A stretch of 64,000 bases of DNA, from assembly GCF_001194135.2 (NCBI RefSeq), contig NC_069008.1, positions 15,208,963 through 15,272,962 on the forward strand. Direction: 5' to 3'. The notes below the pieces were generated by a model. It saw only the letters and a list, made by a program, of their open reading frames with translations. It was not told the DNA's origin and made no database searches. Positions 34,053 to 45,990 of the stretch are shown here, in pieces (within the stretch, counting starts at the first letter, position 1; each line of letters begins with the position of its first letter). Source of the DNA: Octopus bimaculoides. Lineage: Eukaryota. The translations under genes were made by a program, and so were the position numbers.

Positions 34053-34799
34053 TATGTTTTCTTCTCAAATCCCAATGTGCATATTTTTTCTTGCTTTTGT
34101 TCTAATATTTTATTCCATACAAATATTTCTACAGCTGTATTTCTGTCCAGGGTTGACTTTGTCGAACAACTCTTTTGTAATTTTATTCAAGTTTAATCAG
34201 AGCTCAAGCTCATTTTGCTGACATTCCTGTCACTGATGCGCAGAAATTTTGCTAATAATCTCAGCTCAGAACAAATACTGTAAACGAATTCTACCACAGC
34301 TTTATAGAAACAATGCTATAGATCTGTTCAGTATAAAATTTTCCTTTAGTTTTTGAAAGATAAATACTGAGAATGTATCTTCTGTTATGCCAATGTCATC
34401 TGATATCCTGAAATAATAAAGAAACATCAGTGTAAGGTATAGAGTCTACTTTAAAAATAAAGATTCAACAATGGAAAAGTTACATTTCTATCGAGATCAA
34501 CATTGACCTCAACAACTGAATTTTTTAATTTATTAAAATTTAAATCACAGAATCTTGTGTGTAGCTTACATGTTTGTAAACCAGACCTACACCTTCACAT
34601 TGTATAATATTATTTAGGTTAAACTAGAAAATAGTGGACAATAACATTCTTCTTTCTCCAGACATATATGAAATTGCTGTTTGGCCTGAAGACAACTCTA
34701 ACTGAGCAGAAATATGATTAAAGACATTCCATCTATGAACATCCTGTCTTTCTCTCTATCATTGTATATCTAGGATTACATCATCCAATACAGTGTTTA

Positions 34800-35270
34800 G
34801 CGAATTTCTGCTTTATGCATGGCATATAACCCCTCATAATGTTTTTTCATATTTTGGAATTCCAAGAAAAGTTTCATAAATTTGTATTCCGCACATGGGA
34901 ATTCATATGTTTATGCAAAACAAAAATAAAAAAAAAAGTTTCAGTGTTTGATTTAAGGGTTGTTTAGCACCTCATACCATCCTCATTTGTTTGTCACTTT
35001 GACAATGTTAATAGTTTTCAGTATCTCTCTCCCCAGAAACATACTTCATGGTCTACCGCTGGGATTTTAACCTAAAATTTGAACTGTCCCTATTTTAAAC
35101 TGCAATTTAAAAATGAAAAAAATTTTTTTAATTTTAAAAAATTTCTTTTACATAGACTTATGAATTTTCATATGCAGAATACAAATTTGCAAAAATTTTC
35201 TGAAAATTCAAAAAAATTTTAATAGTTATGAGGGGTTATATGTCATGTGTAAAGCTGAATTCTGCCCAGT
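34800..35270. mobile_element. ~470-bp MITE-like insertion in gene G intron
   Basis: ~40-bp imperfect TIR (gctttatgcatggcatataacccctcataa). The homologous site in gene A (~3530-3590) is empty. Confidence 0.6.
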
Positions 35271-35420
35271 TTTCAACATTTATGACTGAAGGATATTTAA
35301 GGGTAATGTGCTGTTATTTCTAGTAGGTCCTGTGAACACATAGCTGTGATCAAATTCAAGTTGTCTTCACAGATCCTACAATTTCTATTACAGATCAAAC
35401 AAAAATAGTTTCATGCACTG

Positions 35421-35860
35421 TTTGGCTGCTATTTCTAGCTATGGAAGAGAGTTGTCTATGGTTTGCATGAGATTTGGTTGCTATTTCTAGCTATGAAAGA
35501 GATGTCTTTGATTTGTGTGAGATTTGGCTGCTATTTCTAGCTATGGAAGAGAGATATATATTATTCGCACGAGATTTGGCTGCTNNNNNNNNNNGGAAGA
35601 GAGATATATATTATTCGCACGAGATTTGGCTGCTATTTCTAGCTATGGAAGAGAGATATATATTATTCGCACGAGATTTGGTTGCTATTTCTAGCTATGG
35701 AAGAGAGTTGTCTATGATTTGGGCTAGATTTGATTGCTATTTCAAACTATGGAAGAGAGATGTCTAGAATTAGCAGCCAAATCTTGCATAAGTCATAGAC
35801 ATCTCTCTTCCAGAACTAGAAATAGCAGCCAAATCTCGCACAAATCATAGACATGTCTTT
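35421..35860. repeat. 52-bp tandem repeat: 7 units followed by 2 inverted units (gene G intron 1)
   Basis: Consensus GAGATTTGGCTGCTATTTCTAGCTATGGAAGAGAGATGTCTATGATTTGTGC with a 50-52 bp period. Orientation flips at ~35765. Contains a short N gap. Confidence 0.88.
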
Positions 35861-36464
35861 CCCATGATGTATAGGTCACTTCTTTAGACTTTTCAATGTT
35901 ATCCATCATTGATGCTATAAATATATTACAAATTGTAAGCATCATAATTTATCTTTTTAAGGAAATGAGAGAATGTGAACAGTGCAGGAGTTAATTTGAA
36001 ATTAGGTTCAGGCTACCCTAGAGACAGTTTGAAATCCATTTCAGATTACCAAAAGTAATGTTTGTAATGCAAAGCGTGAAATCAATTGATATTGAAATAT
36101 ACATTACTTACTGTATGTATTCAACGCAAAAGTAAGCCTATTTCTCATGTATATACAGAGAGATATGATATTTGCATACAAGCACAATTGTAATATATGA
36201 GTATGTGGAAGCAAAATCGATGTGTATGGAATATAATCAGTACCAACTTCATCCAGAAGTTTATTTGAGAACAAATTTTATAGAAAGTTATGCGAAAACA
36301 AAATTGCTAGTGGGGGGGGGGGGGACACATTCTTAGTTATACCAAGAAACAAACATTTGATGAATTATAATAAGGTATCGGTTTCTAAACATTTCAGTGA
36401 TTGGAGTATATTTCAGAATAATTCTCAGACTAAAACACACAACAAATCATAGTCATCTCTGACC

Positions 36465-36625
36465 CATAGCTCGAAATAGCAGCCAAATATTGCACAAATC
36501 ATAGATATCACTCAATCGTAACAAGAAATAGCGGTTAAATCAAGTACAAATTACAGATATCTTTCTTCTATAGCTAGAAATAGCAGCTAAATCTCGCACA
36601 AATCATAGACATCTCTCATTCATAA
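36465..36625 (-). repeat. 52-bp repeat, 3 units, just inside gene G intron 1
   Basis: Three gaaatagcagccaaat-like cores. Confidence 0.8.
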
Positions 36626-36790
36626 AAGGTAGAAGAGACACAAAGAATCGACAGGTCAAAGACCCAATAGTGTTGAAATATGGAATATTTTCATCAATAC
36701 TTACGTTATTATTTTATAAAGGATACTGTAGTTATAATTATATAAAAGTGTGCTAATTACGAGAAGTTAGATGTATTTTGCAGCACAATA

Positions 36791-37232
36791 CGGAAGTGCA
36801 TTTAATGCGCATGCGTACCTTTTATATAAAATATTTTCGCGAAATCTTGTTATCTCCCTTTAATAGATGCTTGTCCCCCCACCACAATCGCTTGACAACC
36901 GATGTCGGTGTGTTTACCTGCCCGTAACTTGGAAGTTCGGCAACAAGCAACCGATAGAATAAGTGCTAGGCTTACAAAGAATAAAACCGTGGTGAAAAAC
37001 AAACTGGAAAAATTCAAGTCAAATCAGAGAAAATTCAACAGAGTCCAGATCCGAAACTCTTTCTCACGGTCGAACTGTCTTCTGCAAATAACCCCAGAGG
37101 TGCTATGCCGGTATGGACACAAGAAAACAAGACAGCATAAATACAAAAAATCAAAACATAAAGGGAATTAACAATCGTTAGCTACTGAAAACCGTGTTCA
37201 AAAAATGCGCATGCGCACTATGCGTACTTCTG
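36791..37232. promoter_or_regulatory. Divergent promoter region of the G/H pair
   Basis: G element cggaagtgcatttaatgcgcatgcg at 36791-36815. H element tgcgcatgcgcactatgcgtacttctg at 37206-37232, in the opposite orientation. Donors at 36699-36704 (-) and 37374-37379 (+). Confidence 0.72.
36868..36985 (+). mobile_element. SINE fragment between the G and H promoters
   Basis: Matches the 3' half of the 44005-44398 SINE (gcttgacaaccgatg...gatagaataagtgctaggcttacaaagaataa). Confidence 0.7.
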
Positions 37233-37480
37233 TTTCCATTTTGGCATCAAATTATTTGTGTCAGGTGCTTGAGGTTATGAATACATTTATAATGCTTTAT
37301 AATACACACTTGTTATACATTGTTCACCTACTACGCTCGCTTGTAACAACTCTGCCCTTTATAAGACATTTCCGTAAGTATTAAACCACGAAAATATTCA
37401 GTCTTTTTAATTCTGTAGACGTTCTGTTTTTGACGTGTCGATTCTTTGTCTCCCCAATCGTTTATGGATGAGAAATGTCC

Positions 37481-37770
37481 GCGATTTAGGTACTATTTCT
37501 TGCTATGGAAGCGAGACGTCTATGCTTTGTGCGAGATTTGGCTGCTGTTTCTAGCTATGGAAGAAAGGAGTCTATGCTTTGTGCGAGGCTTGGCTGCTAT
37601 TTCTAGCTTTGGAAGAGAGATTCTGTGATTTGTGCTAGATTTGGCTGCTATTTCTGCCTATGGAAGAGAGATATCTGTGATTTATGCGAGATTTGGCTGC
37701 TATTTCTAGCTACGGAAGAGAGATGTCTATAATTTGTGCGATATTTGGCTGCTATTTCTACTTATGGAAG
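37481..37770 (+). repeat. 52-bp repeat, 6 units, just inside gene H intron 1
   Basis: Cores start at ~37481, 37533, 37585, 37636, 37688 and 37740. Confidence 0.88.
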
Positions 37771-37974
37771 CTACCTTCTACATTGTCCATCGTTGCCACA
37801 TCAGGTTGTTGTGTGTTTTAGTTAAAGAAATATTCTGAAATACACTCCAACCACTGAAATGTTCAAAAACCAATACTTTATTATAAATTTTCGAATGTTT
37901 GTTTCTTGGTGAGACTTGTGGCGATTTGCTGTACTTGAGAAAACATGTTGAGCTAAGTAAAATCGCTGTCATAG

Positions 37975-38163
37975 GCCATGTAAAATGCATTTGTGCCAGT
38001 GTCAAGTTAAAAGCACCCAGAACACTCTGTAAAGTGGCTGGTATTAGGAAAGGCATCCAACCATAGAAACCATGCCAAAACTGACAGTTGGAGTCTGGAC
38101 AGCTCCTGTCAAACCATCCAACCCATGCCAGCATGGAAAAACGGACGTTAAATGGTGATGATG
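37975..38163 (+). mobile_element. RTE-like LINE 3' tail fragment in gene H intron 1 (related pieces ~10125-10310, ~46330-46452)
   Basis: ccatccaacccatgccagcatggaaaaacggacgttaaatggtgatgatg tail. Confidence 0.7.
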
Positions 38164-38987
38164 CCTTATAGAAAAGAAAAAAGTTGCTTTTATCTTTTTT
38201 TTTTACTCCCGTGATTCATCCAGTGGAAATTATGACTGAAAAAAATATATCTTTAACATCTTTTTCACATCCAAAAAGTAATTTACATTTTAATTTTTTT
38301 GACACCTTTCCCATTTCCATGCCCTTTTCCTTTCCCATAATGTAGGGAGCTCTTTACCAAAACTCCTCCTCCTGGCAACCCTACTCATGGTTCTTTGATT
38401 AATATCACTTTCCAACTTTACTGTGTAGTTATTTATTAACATTTAAAGGCTTTACTCATGGAATATGTTAACAAGTAACATGGGTTATGACCTTTTCATA
38501 CCCAGGAATACAGTAAAGTTGTCAAATATGTGCATTAACAACCTCCAGTACAAAATGAAAGTGACTGCATTGTAACATGAGCCATAACTACAGTTTAGTG
38601 CCCCACAACAGAATGCTTCTCATAACTTATCAATGGAATATATATAAATTTTCCACTGTTGAATCTGTATTTTTAAAGCAGCTTCTTTATCTTAAACTGT
38701 TATTTCCTTATTATTTCAGAATATCAGACGACAGTGGGATAACACAAGATACATCCGCAGTATTTATCATTTAAGACAATGTTATAGAGAACAGATATAT
38801 AATACTGTTTCTATAAACCTATGATAGAATTCTAGTAAAATATTTGCTCTGGCCTGAGATTATTACCAAAATTTCCATACATATCTGACAGGAGTGTTGA
38901 GAAGATGCATTTGCATGCAAATTAAACTTGGATATATATATATATATATATATGCACACACACACACAGTGATTTGAGGAGAAAATA

Positions 38988-40310
38988 ATGGAGAGATGTG
39001 AGAAACTCAAGGAATTGATTTTACCTGAAGACATGATAAAAGAAAGAAGGAATTTGTCCTATGACTGTGATATCTGTGAAAAGACATTCTCTCTGAAAGG
39101 TAACTTGACTAAACACAAACGTATTCATACGGGGGAGAAGCCATATCATTGTGATATCTGTGGTAAATCTTTCTCTGGAAGTACTGCCCTGACAATACAT
39201 ATACGTATTCATACAGGAGAGAAGCCATATCGCTGTAATATCTGTGACAAATCATTTTCTCAAAATATTGACTTAAATAAGCACATTCGTATTCATACTG
39301 GGGAGAAGCCATATCACTGTGATATCTGTGGTAAATCATTCTCTCAAAGTGCTGTTTTAACTACACACAAACGTGTTCATACGGGAGAGAAGCCATATCA
39401 CTGTGATGACTGTGGTAAATCATTCTCTCGAAGTTATCACTTGACTTCTCACAAACGCATTCATTCGGGAGAAAAACCATATCACTGTGATATCTGTGGT
39501 AAATCATATTCTGAAAGTAGTATCTTAACAAGACACATGCGTATTCATACAGGAGAGAAGGCATATCATTGTGATATCTGCAGTAAATCATTCTCTGTTA
39601 GTAGTCACTTAACTAGACACAAACATATTCATACAGGAGAGAAGCCATTTCACTGTGATGTCTGTGACAAATCATTCTCTGCAAGTAGTGACTTAACTAG
39701 ACACAAATTTGTTCATACAGGAGAGAAGCCATATCATTGTGATATCTGTGGTAAATCATTCTCTGTAAGTAGTTACTTAGTTGAGCACAAAAGTTTTCAT
39801 ACTGGAGAGAGGCAATATCTCTGTGATATCTGTGGTAAATCATTCTCCAAATTTGGTACATTAACTAGACACATTCGTAGTCATACAGGAGAGAAGCCAT
39901 TTCACTGTAATATTTGTGGTAAATCATTCTCTGGGAGTAGCGACTTTACTAAACACAAACGTGTTCATTCAGGAGAGAAGCCATTTCACTGTGATATCTG
40001 TGGTAAATCATTCTCTCAAAGTTATAACTTAACTTGTCACAAACGTATCCACACAGGTGAAAAACCACATCATTGTGATATTTGTGGTAGATCATTCTCT
40101 GCAAGTAGTAACTTAACTTCTCACCAACGTATTCATACAGGGGAAAAGCCATATGAGTGTGGCATCTGTGGTATATTATTCTCTCAAAGTAGTGACTTAA
40201 CTAAACACCAACGTATTCATACAGGAGAGAAGCCATATCATTGTGATGTCTGTGGTAAATCTTTCTCTGAAAGTCGTAAGTTAAATAAACACATATCTAC
40301 TCATGTATAA
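38988..40310 (+). CDS. C2H2 zinc-finger gene H, 15 fingers, 440 aa
   Basis: Intact ORF with leader [10 protein letters not shown] and 15 fingers. Confidence 0.95.
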   Translation: MERCEKLKELILPEDMIKERRNLSYDCDICEKTFSLKGNLTKHKRIHTGEKPYHCDICGKSFSGSTALTIHIRIHTGEKPYRCNICDKSFSQNIDLNKHIRIHTGEKPYHCDICGKSFSQSAVLTTHKRVHTGEKPYHCDDCGKSFSRSYHLTSHKRIHSGEKPYHCDICGKSYSESSILTRHMRIHTGEKAYHCDICSKSFSVSSHLTRHKHIHTGEKPFHCDVCDKSFSASSDLTRHKFVHTGEKPYHCDICGKSFSVSSYLVEHKSFHTGERQYLCDICGKSFSKFGTLTRHIRSHTGEKPFHCNICGKSFSGSSDFTKHKRVHSGEKPFHCDICGKSFSQSYNLTCHKRIHTGEKPHHCDICGRSFSASSNLTSHQRIHTGEKPYECGICGILFSQSSDLTKHQRIHTGEKPYHCDVCGKSFSESRKLNKHISTHV

Positions 40311-40514
40311 GGGTAACCGTGTGCCTTTTAGCCATGCCAATAACAAATCCACTCAATATGTCTCCCATTTTTTAGGTTGTTTGAGATTTACTGATGCCAA
40401 CCCCTTTTTATTTACTTCTTACAGTATGCCAGGACATGATTTACTCTCAAAATTTCTTTTACAAAAAGTAAGAATAAAGACATCTATAACTACAAATGTT
40501 TTTAGATAAGAAAG

Positions 40515-40620
40515 GAGTTTGATAACAGCCTCCCAACACTATATTTTATATCACTACAACCATGTATACATTGGTGAGATAACATACCAATGTAGTATTT
40601 TTAATAAAAGTAATTTCTTC
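40515..40620 (+). terminator. Type-2 3' module with AATAAA (gene H; inverted copy after gene I at ~50935-51040)
   Basis: cagcctcccaacact...ggtgagataac...ttAATAAAagtaat. AATAAA at 40603-40608 (+) and 50947-50952 (-). Confidence 0.6.
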
Positions 40621-40822
40621 TAGACTTTGAATTTGTTGTGCAAGAATTTACATGTGGAATTGTTTTGAAACCAATCTGTTGCCTTCTCAATGTTAAATAA
40701 GGAAATATTTTCAGAGATAATAAGCGTCAATAACTTCAGAAAAAGAAGCTAAATATAGACAAGCAACAACTAGTGAATATGCTTATAGGCTTTATTCATC
40801 ATGACTCCTCAGAATATCCATA

Positions 40823-41107
40823 TATATTTGTAGTAACGCTGAGCGCACGCGTAGTCTCACGCATGCGTGGAATTTAACATCCAAGCTTTCCCGCTTTATT
40901 CTGTCTCTTTCTTGCTGGCCAGCGATTGAGCAAGGACGTGTCTAGCTGTCTCTCCATCTTTCGAACTCACGCTAGACAGCTCACATCAACGTACACCGAA
41001 GACGTCTCAACAATCAAGAGTAAAGATGTATATTTTCCACCATGAATAAATGTTGTTTGTGTTGATAGTTTGGAGTTCTGCGTTCCGTTCAATTCTAATT
41101 TAATATA
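40823..41107 (+). mobile_element. Possible solo LTR
   Basis: CpG-rich ~285-bp island with tatatt...aatata ends and an internal AATAAA at ~41046. No TSD found. Confidence 0.3.
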
Positions 41108-41649
41108 GGAAAGTCAGGTGTACATCTAATGATGTATAACCCACTTTCCTATATATTTCTTGTGAGTATTTGCGGAAATGAGAAAAGATTTATTTAATTT
41201 GTCGTTGGAAGTAAATAGTTGCAAAATGTATTCTTAGAGGTCAGTGATAATGTCACTGTGCAGCCATAAACACAGAGATTATAGAAGGAAGTGTTACTTG
41301 CTTCCATAAGATATGTCATCACCATCATTCAGTATCTGCTTTCCCTGCTGGCATGGGTTGCACAAGAGAGGACATGGATGGTGGGTCATAGGAAAGGGTG
41401 TGGGAGGGGGGGGACACTTTCATAAGAATGTGAATGGGAGTAAGCAGGTAGAAGTTAATGCGGTGGAAATGATGGAAATACTAGTTTATAGATAAGATGC
41501 ACACTAACATTGCACATCCAGCAGAGCATAACAGCTTCACTCCTCTGGGCTCAGTGCCCATATCTTGCTACCATGTATCTACACAAGCATCATACAATTT
41601 GCATTTTACTTGGAAAGAGTGACCTTTCATTGTCAACAGAGTTCTTTGA

Positions 41650-41790
41650 TCACTGAAAGTGGATGGGAGACCCAGGAAGACGTGGGATGAAGTGGTAATG
41701 ACTGATCTCAGGAAGCTAGACCTCACAGAGGAAATGACCAGGCATCGAGATGCCTGGCGATATGAAGGTCTTTAGCAGACCCACCCACAC
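41650..41790 (+). mobile_element. Older RTE-like LINE C-terminal fragment (related piece ~57060-57245, minus strand)
   Basis: Translates as GRPRKTWDEVVMTDLRKLDLTEEMTRHRDAWRY. Confidence 0.65.
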
Positions 41791-42239
41791 TTAACAAGAA
41801 AACTCCTCACATACTCTATTTCATCTCAATAATCACGTAAAATGATTTATTTGTAAACTGGGGGAAGGTAGAATATCATTTTTATGTGATCCTTGTTTTG
41901 AACGCAACTACAGTTTGGTGTCCCACCCTTGAATTTATTTCCTCATAACTCATTAAAACACACATTTTTAAATGACAGTTTGCAGGAATAAGTTTTTAAA
42001 TGTCTAGATTTCTTTAAAAAAACTGTGAAAAATGCTAAAGTTAAGGACGCTGAAAATAACAAAATTGGAGTGGGGTTGAAAAAAATTGGAAATCCCACCA
42101 AAAAAGTTTTCCTAATTTCTTAATGAAGATAATCATTATTTAGTCCCTCAAAAATTCATCTCTGCAAAGTTTAATTAACAAGAATATCTCTTTTTCAGAA
42201 AGTTAAGAAACAGCCTAATGTGGGGCACCAAACTGTAGT

Positions 42240-42550
42240 TATGCCTCATGTCATTTCCATGCAGTCCCTTCTGTTTTGTACATGTTCCACAACTGCCTTC
42301 CTACATATAGAAAAAAGCATAAATTATGTTATTCTTAACATATTTAATGAGTGAAGTGGCAAAGTGATATTAGTCAGGGATCCATGTGTAGGGTTACAAG
42401 AGGCAGTTTCTGTACGGAGGCCCTAAGATTAAGGGAAAGGAAAAGGGCATGCAAGTGGGGTGAGAGGAGCAAAAAAATTAACAATTGTAATTTTCACTAT
42501 ACAAGAATAAGAAAAAAATGAAAAAACAAAACAAACTACCCATTTCTTTT
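42240..42550 (-). pseudogene. Orphan ZNF 3' end (last codons KRNG* plus type-1 3' module), no gene body
   Basis: Minus strand reads AAA AGA AAT GGG TAG, like the ends of G (KGNG*) and E (KRNE*). It is followed by the shared 3' module with ATTAAA at 42343-42348. Confidence 0.65.
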
Positions 42551-43699
42551 CTTGCCCTTGAGGCATGGGGCTTTTATTCCAAAATACCATCTACCAGGAT
42601 TGGTAAACACAAATAAATACAGTGCATTGTCATCATATTTCAATTCAAATGAAAATCAATTTCATATACACACACTCAAAGATGTTGCAATTAGCATTAA
42701 ATAATTGATTTCATAAAAATTAAATAATAAATATGAGCATTTAACTGGGTTGAATGGTTGGGTAACGAGAAAGTGTGCCTCCAAAGCAAGTTTTGGGTTT
42801 CGTCCCTCTGCAATGCATCTTGGACAAGTGTCTGCTATTATAACCTTGGGCTGGCCAATAGTCACCTAACAGTCAACCAAAACCATTACTTTGCTATGAA
42901 ACAGGTTTGTGTTAAAACGATGATAATGTTCTGCAAAAGAAGAACCTGCTAAGAAAGGCCAAGTCATGAAGAACAAACAACTGTTATCATTATCATCATT
43001 TAAACATTCCCTTTTCTATGCTTGCTTGGGTCAGACAAGATTTAAGAAGAATTATTGTGGTCACATGCCCTTTCTATCATCAACCCTCACTGGTTTCCAA
43101 TGAAGATAGTAGACAAATGACAGGTTGATCCAACATATGATATCAAAACGAGAACACACCCACACAACACTAACAGTTTTCACCTATGCAATCCACTCAC
43201 TGTTGCTTTAGTAGAAGACACTTGCTAAATGCACTGTATTTTTGGACTGAACCTAAAATTACATCTGGGTAGCAAACTTATGAAGACATGCCTCTTATAT
43301 TTTTTGTTAATGTTTTTTTCTTTCCTACACTTGTCTTTTCTTTGTTTGTCAATGTTTATTTTCGAATTGTAATAAAAACTGTAGAACCTATGAAAACAAC
43401 CTGGTTCTTATCATAGCTCTCACAGGACCTAGAAGAAATAACAGCCACATATTTCAAATTTTTCCTTTGCCTTTTAAAAATTGAGCACCAATTTTAAATC
43501 TGTAGCCCTAGACATACAATCCTACAAAGACAGGATGTTCATGAATGGAATGTTTTTAATACGTCTGCTCAGAGTTGACTTGGAGCTGAACAACAAATTC
43601 AAATTATATTTCTGGAGAGAGAAGAATGCTGCTGTACATTATATTCTCTGGTTTGATACCAGGCAGAGTCAAAAGTCTTTTCAGATTTCCACTGATATT

Positions 43700-44945
43700 T
43701 TTGGCAACTTGTATATCATTCATTTGATATAACTTGTCCAATCATTGCTGAATTGTTCATTCTTTGTTTTAGAACTTTAATAATGAGAGGTGAAAAAATT
43801 GCAATTAGAGCCATTTTGCACTACCTGTAGGAAAAAGAGTGAGTGTAAGGGCAGCAGTAAAAGAAATTAACGATGTGGAAGGCTGAGAAACTGTCAATGA
43901 ACATGTGGCACAAAACTGGTCCAGATGTTTTAAGAAAGGTGACCCCAGCCTCAAACACAAGATGAGACCTTGCTTGAAATGGTTCAACATTCAAGCACCT
44001 GTATTCTCTTTTACTCTTTTACTTGTTTCAGTCATTTGACTGCGGCCATGCTGGAGCACCACCTTTAGTCGGGCAAATCGACCCCAGGACTTATTCTTTG
44101 GATGCCTAGTACTTATTCTATCGGTCTCTTTTGCCGAACCGCTAAGTTACAGGGACGTAAACACACCAGCATCGGTTGTCAAACGATGTTGGGGGACAAA
44201 CACAGACACACATATATATATACATATATATACGACGGGCTTCTTTCAGTTTCCGTCTACCAAATCCACTCACAAGGCTTTGGTCGGCCTGAGGCTATAG
44301 TAGAAGACACTTGCCCAAGGTGGCACGCAGTGGGACTGAACCCGGAACCATGTGGTTGGTAAGCAAGCTACTTACCACACAGCCACTCCTACGCCTATGT
44401 TATTGTTAGCAGAATTTAATTCTTCACAAAGCACTATTAGCTGACACCTCTACAAGTTCAGTCTTGTGAACAGATGCTGTCAAGAAGTTCCTTATGAACT
44501 GACCAATGACCAGGCTCAACATATGAACATTTGCTAACAAATTCTTGAGATGCCTGTTTTTGCAACTGAATTGTAACTGGAGATGAAAAATGAATCTATT
44601 TTCATAATCCTAATAAGAGAAATCAGTCACTTCATTCCAGAATCTGTTGTCAAAGAAGAGTGGTTTGAACAGGTTGAGGGGATGTTGCACTTTGAGTTTG
44701 TCTCAGCTGCAGTACAAGATGCTTTGAAAGCCTGCTACTCGGCATTGGTCAATTGAAGACATGCACTCCTACATGACAATCCCCTAACATTCAAGTTAGG
44801 TGCAAATTTGAGGGGCTGGAACCCCAGTTCTTGCATCAACAGATTACAACCCAAGTGTGGAACAATAGCAACAGACAATAGAATATGGGATATATTTTGC
44901 CAAATAAATGCTTTTTGCATGTAATTTGTTAGGGCTATTAATTAT
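43700..44945 (+). mobile_element. Decayed mariner transposon split by a SINE
   Basis: Relics KEINDVEG*ETVNEHVAQNWSRCFKKGDPSL (HTH region), VPYELT (WVPHEL motif), IVTGDEK (first catalytic D), HDN and YSPDLAP-like motifs, with stops and frameshifts. Confidence 0.78.
44005..44398 (-). mobile_element. Full-length tRNA-derived SINE inserted into a mariner
   Basis: Minus strand has an A-box-like TGGCTGTGTGG, a B-box-like GGTTCAGTCC, a central (TA)/(TG) tract and an aaaagagtaaaagag tail. Confidence 0.82.
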
Positions 44946-45119
44946 AACTTGAAATTTAAAAAAACTCTCCACTCATCCTGGCATATATAATGTTACACAA
45001 TATGGAAGTGTAGCTGTAGTTAACAAATATGTCTGATTCACCCAAGTTTCTGTAACCTGAACTTTGATAAATGAAAAAGTTCAGGTAAATGTTTTTCTCT
45101 AAAGAAATACAATAAATCT

Positions 45120-45990
45120 TCCACTTTTGAATTTGTATTTATTAGAAGCTGTTTTCTTCCTTCATTATTTCAGAATATCAGATGACATTGCCATAACTGA
45201 AAATATGTCCTCAGTAAATCATTTTCTAAATACTAAAGGAAAATATTATACAGAACAGACATATAACACTGTTTCTATGAATCTATGGTAGAATTCCTGT
45301 GAAATATTTCCTCCGAACTAAGACTATTAGCTAAATTTCTGAACATCAATGACCCAGGTATCTATAAGAGGAGCTTCTGTAATGATTGAACAAACTTGTA
45401 AAAGTGTTGTTTAAAAAGACATACTCAGCAGAAATAAACTATAACAAAAAATATATATATATGATATGAAAAGGAAAATTGTGGAAAGAAGAAACTTTAA
45501 AGAATTGAGTTTTCCTTAAGATCTGATAAAAGAGATAAGTTGCCATATGACCGTCAAATCTGGAAAAAGTCATCTTCTCAAAATACTGTCTTAAATAGAC
45601 ATGGATGAATTTATATAGCAGTGTCTTTATGAATGAGAAAATTCATAACATACACCTTAAACTCCACCTAAATTTGGGTGTTAGCCTAGTGGACTTGGGG
45701 GCCATGGCAATAACTATGCCAATCATTGTGGCTCACTTTTTTAGGGTGTCAATCACAGCAGGCTGCCCTTTCTTAATGCCATAACCTGTTAGTAACCTCT
45801 TACAGTATGCAGAGATATGGTCTAGTCATAATTCCTTCCATTAAAAATAGCAATAGTAAATGCATTCACAAAGGCAAGGAGAAACATTTGTAACAACAGC
45901 CTCCCAAAACTCTAGTTTATATCGTACCAAAAACATCTACATTGGTGAAATAATACACCTTTGTGACATTTAATACAAGCAATTTGTTTC
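45120..45990 (+). pseudogene. Collapsed ZNF pseudogene: acceptor, 5' UTR, leader, one broken finger and an H/I-type 3' flank
   Basis: tttcag|aatatcagATGACATTGCCATAA at 45171-45196, long 5' UTR like H and J, decayed leader (aaagaattgagttttcct), finger relic (atgaccgtcaaatctggaaaaagtc). Segment ~45885-45985 matches the H 3' flank at 40515-40620. Confidence 0.72.

Noticed and set aside
37481-37770. 52-bp array as a CRISPR-like locus
   Set aside because: Units are contiguous with no unique spacers, there are no cas genes, and the context is eukaryotic.
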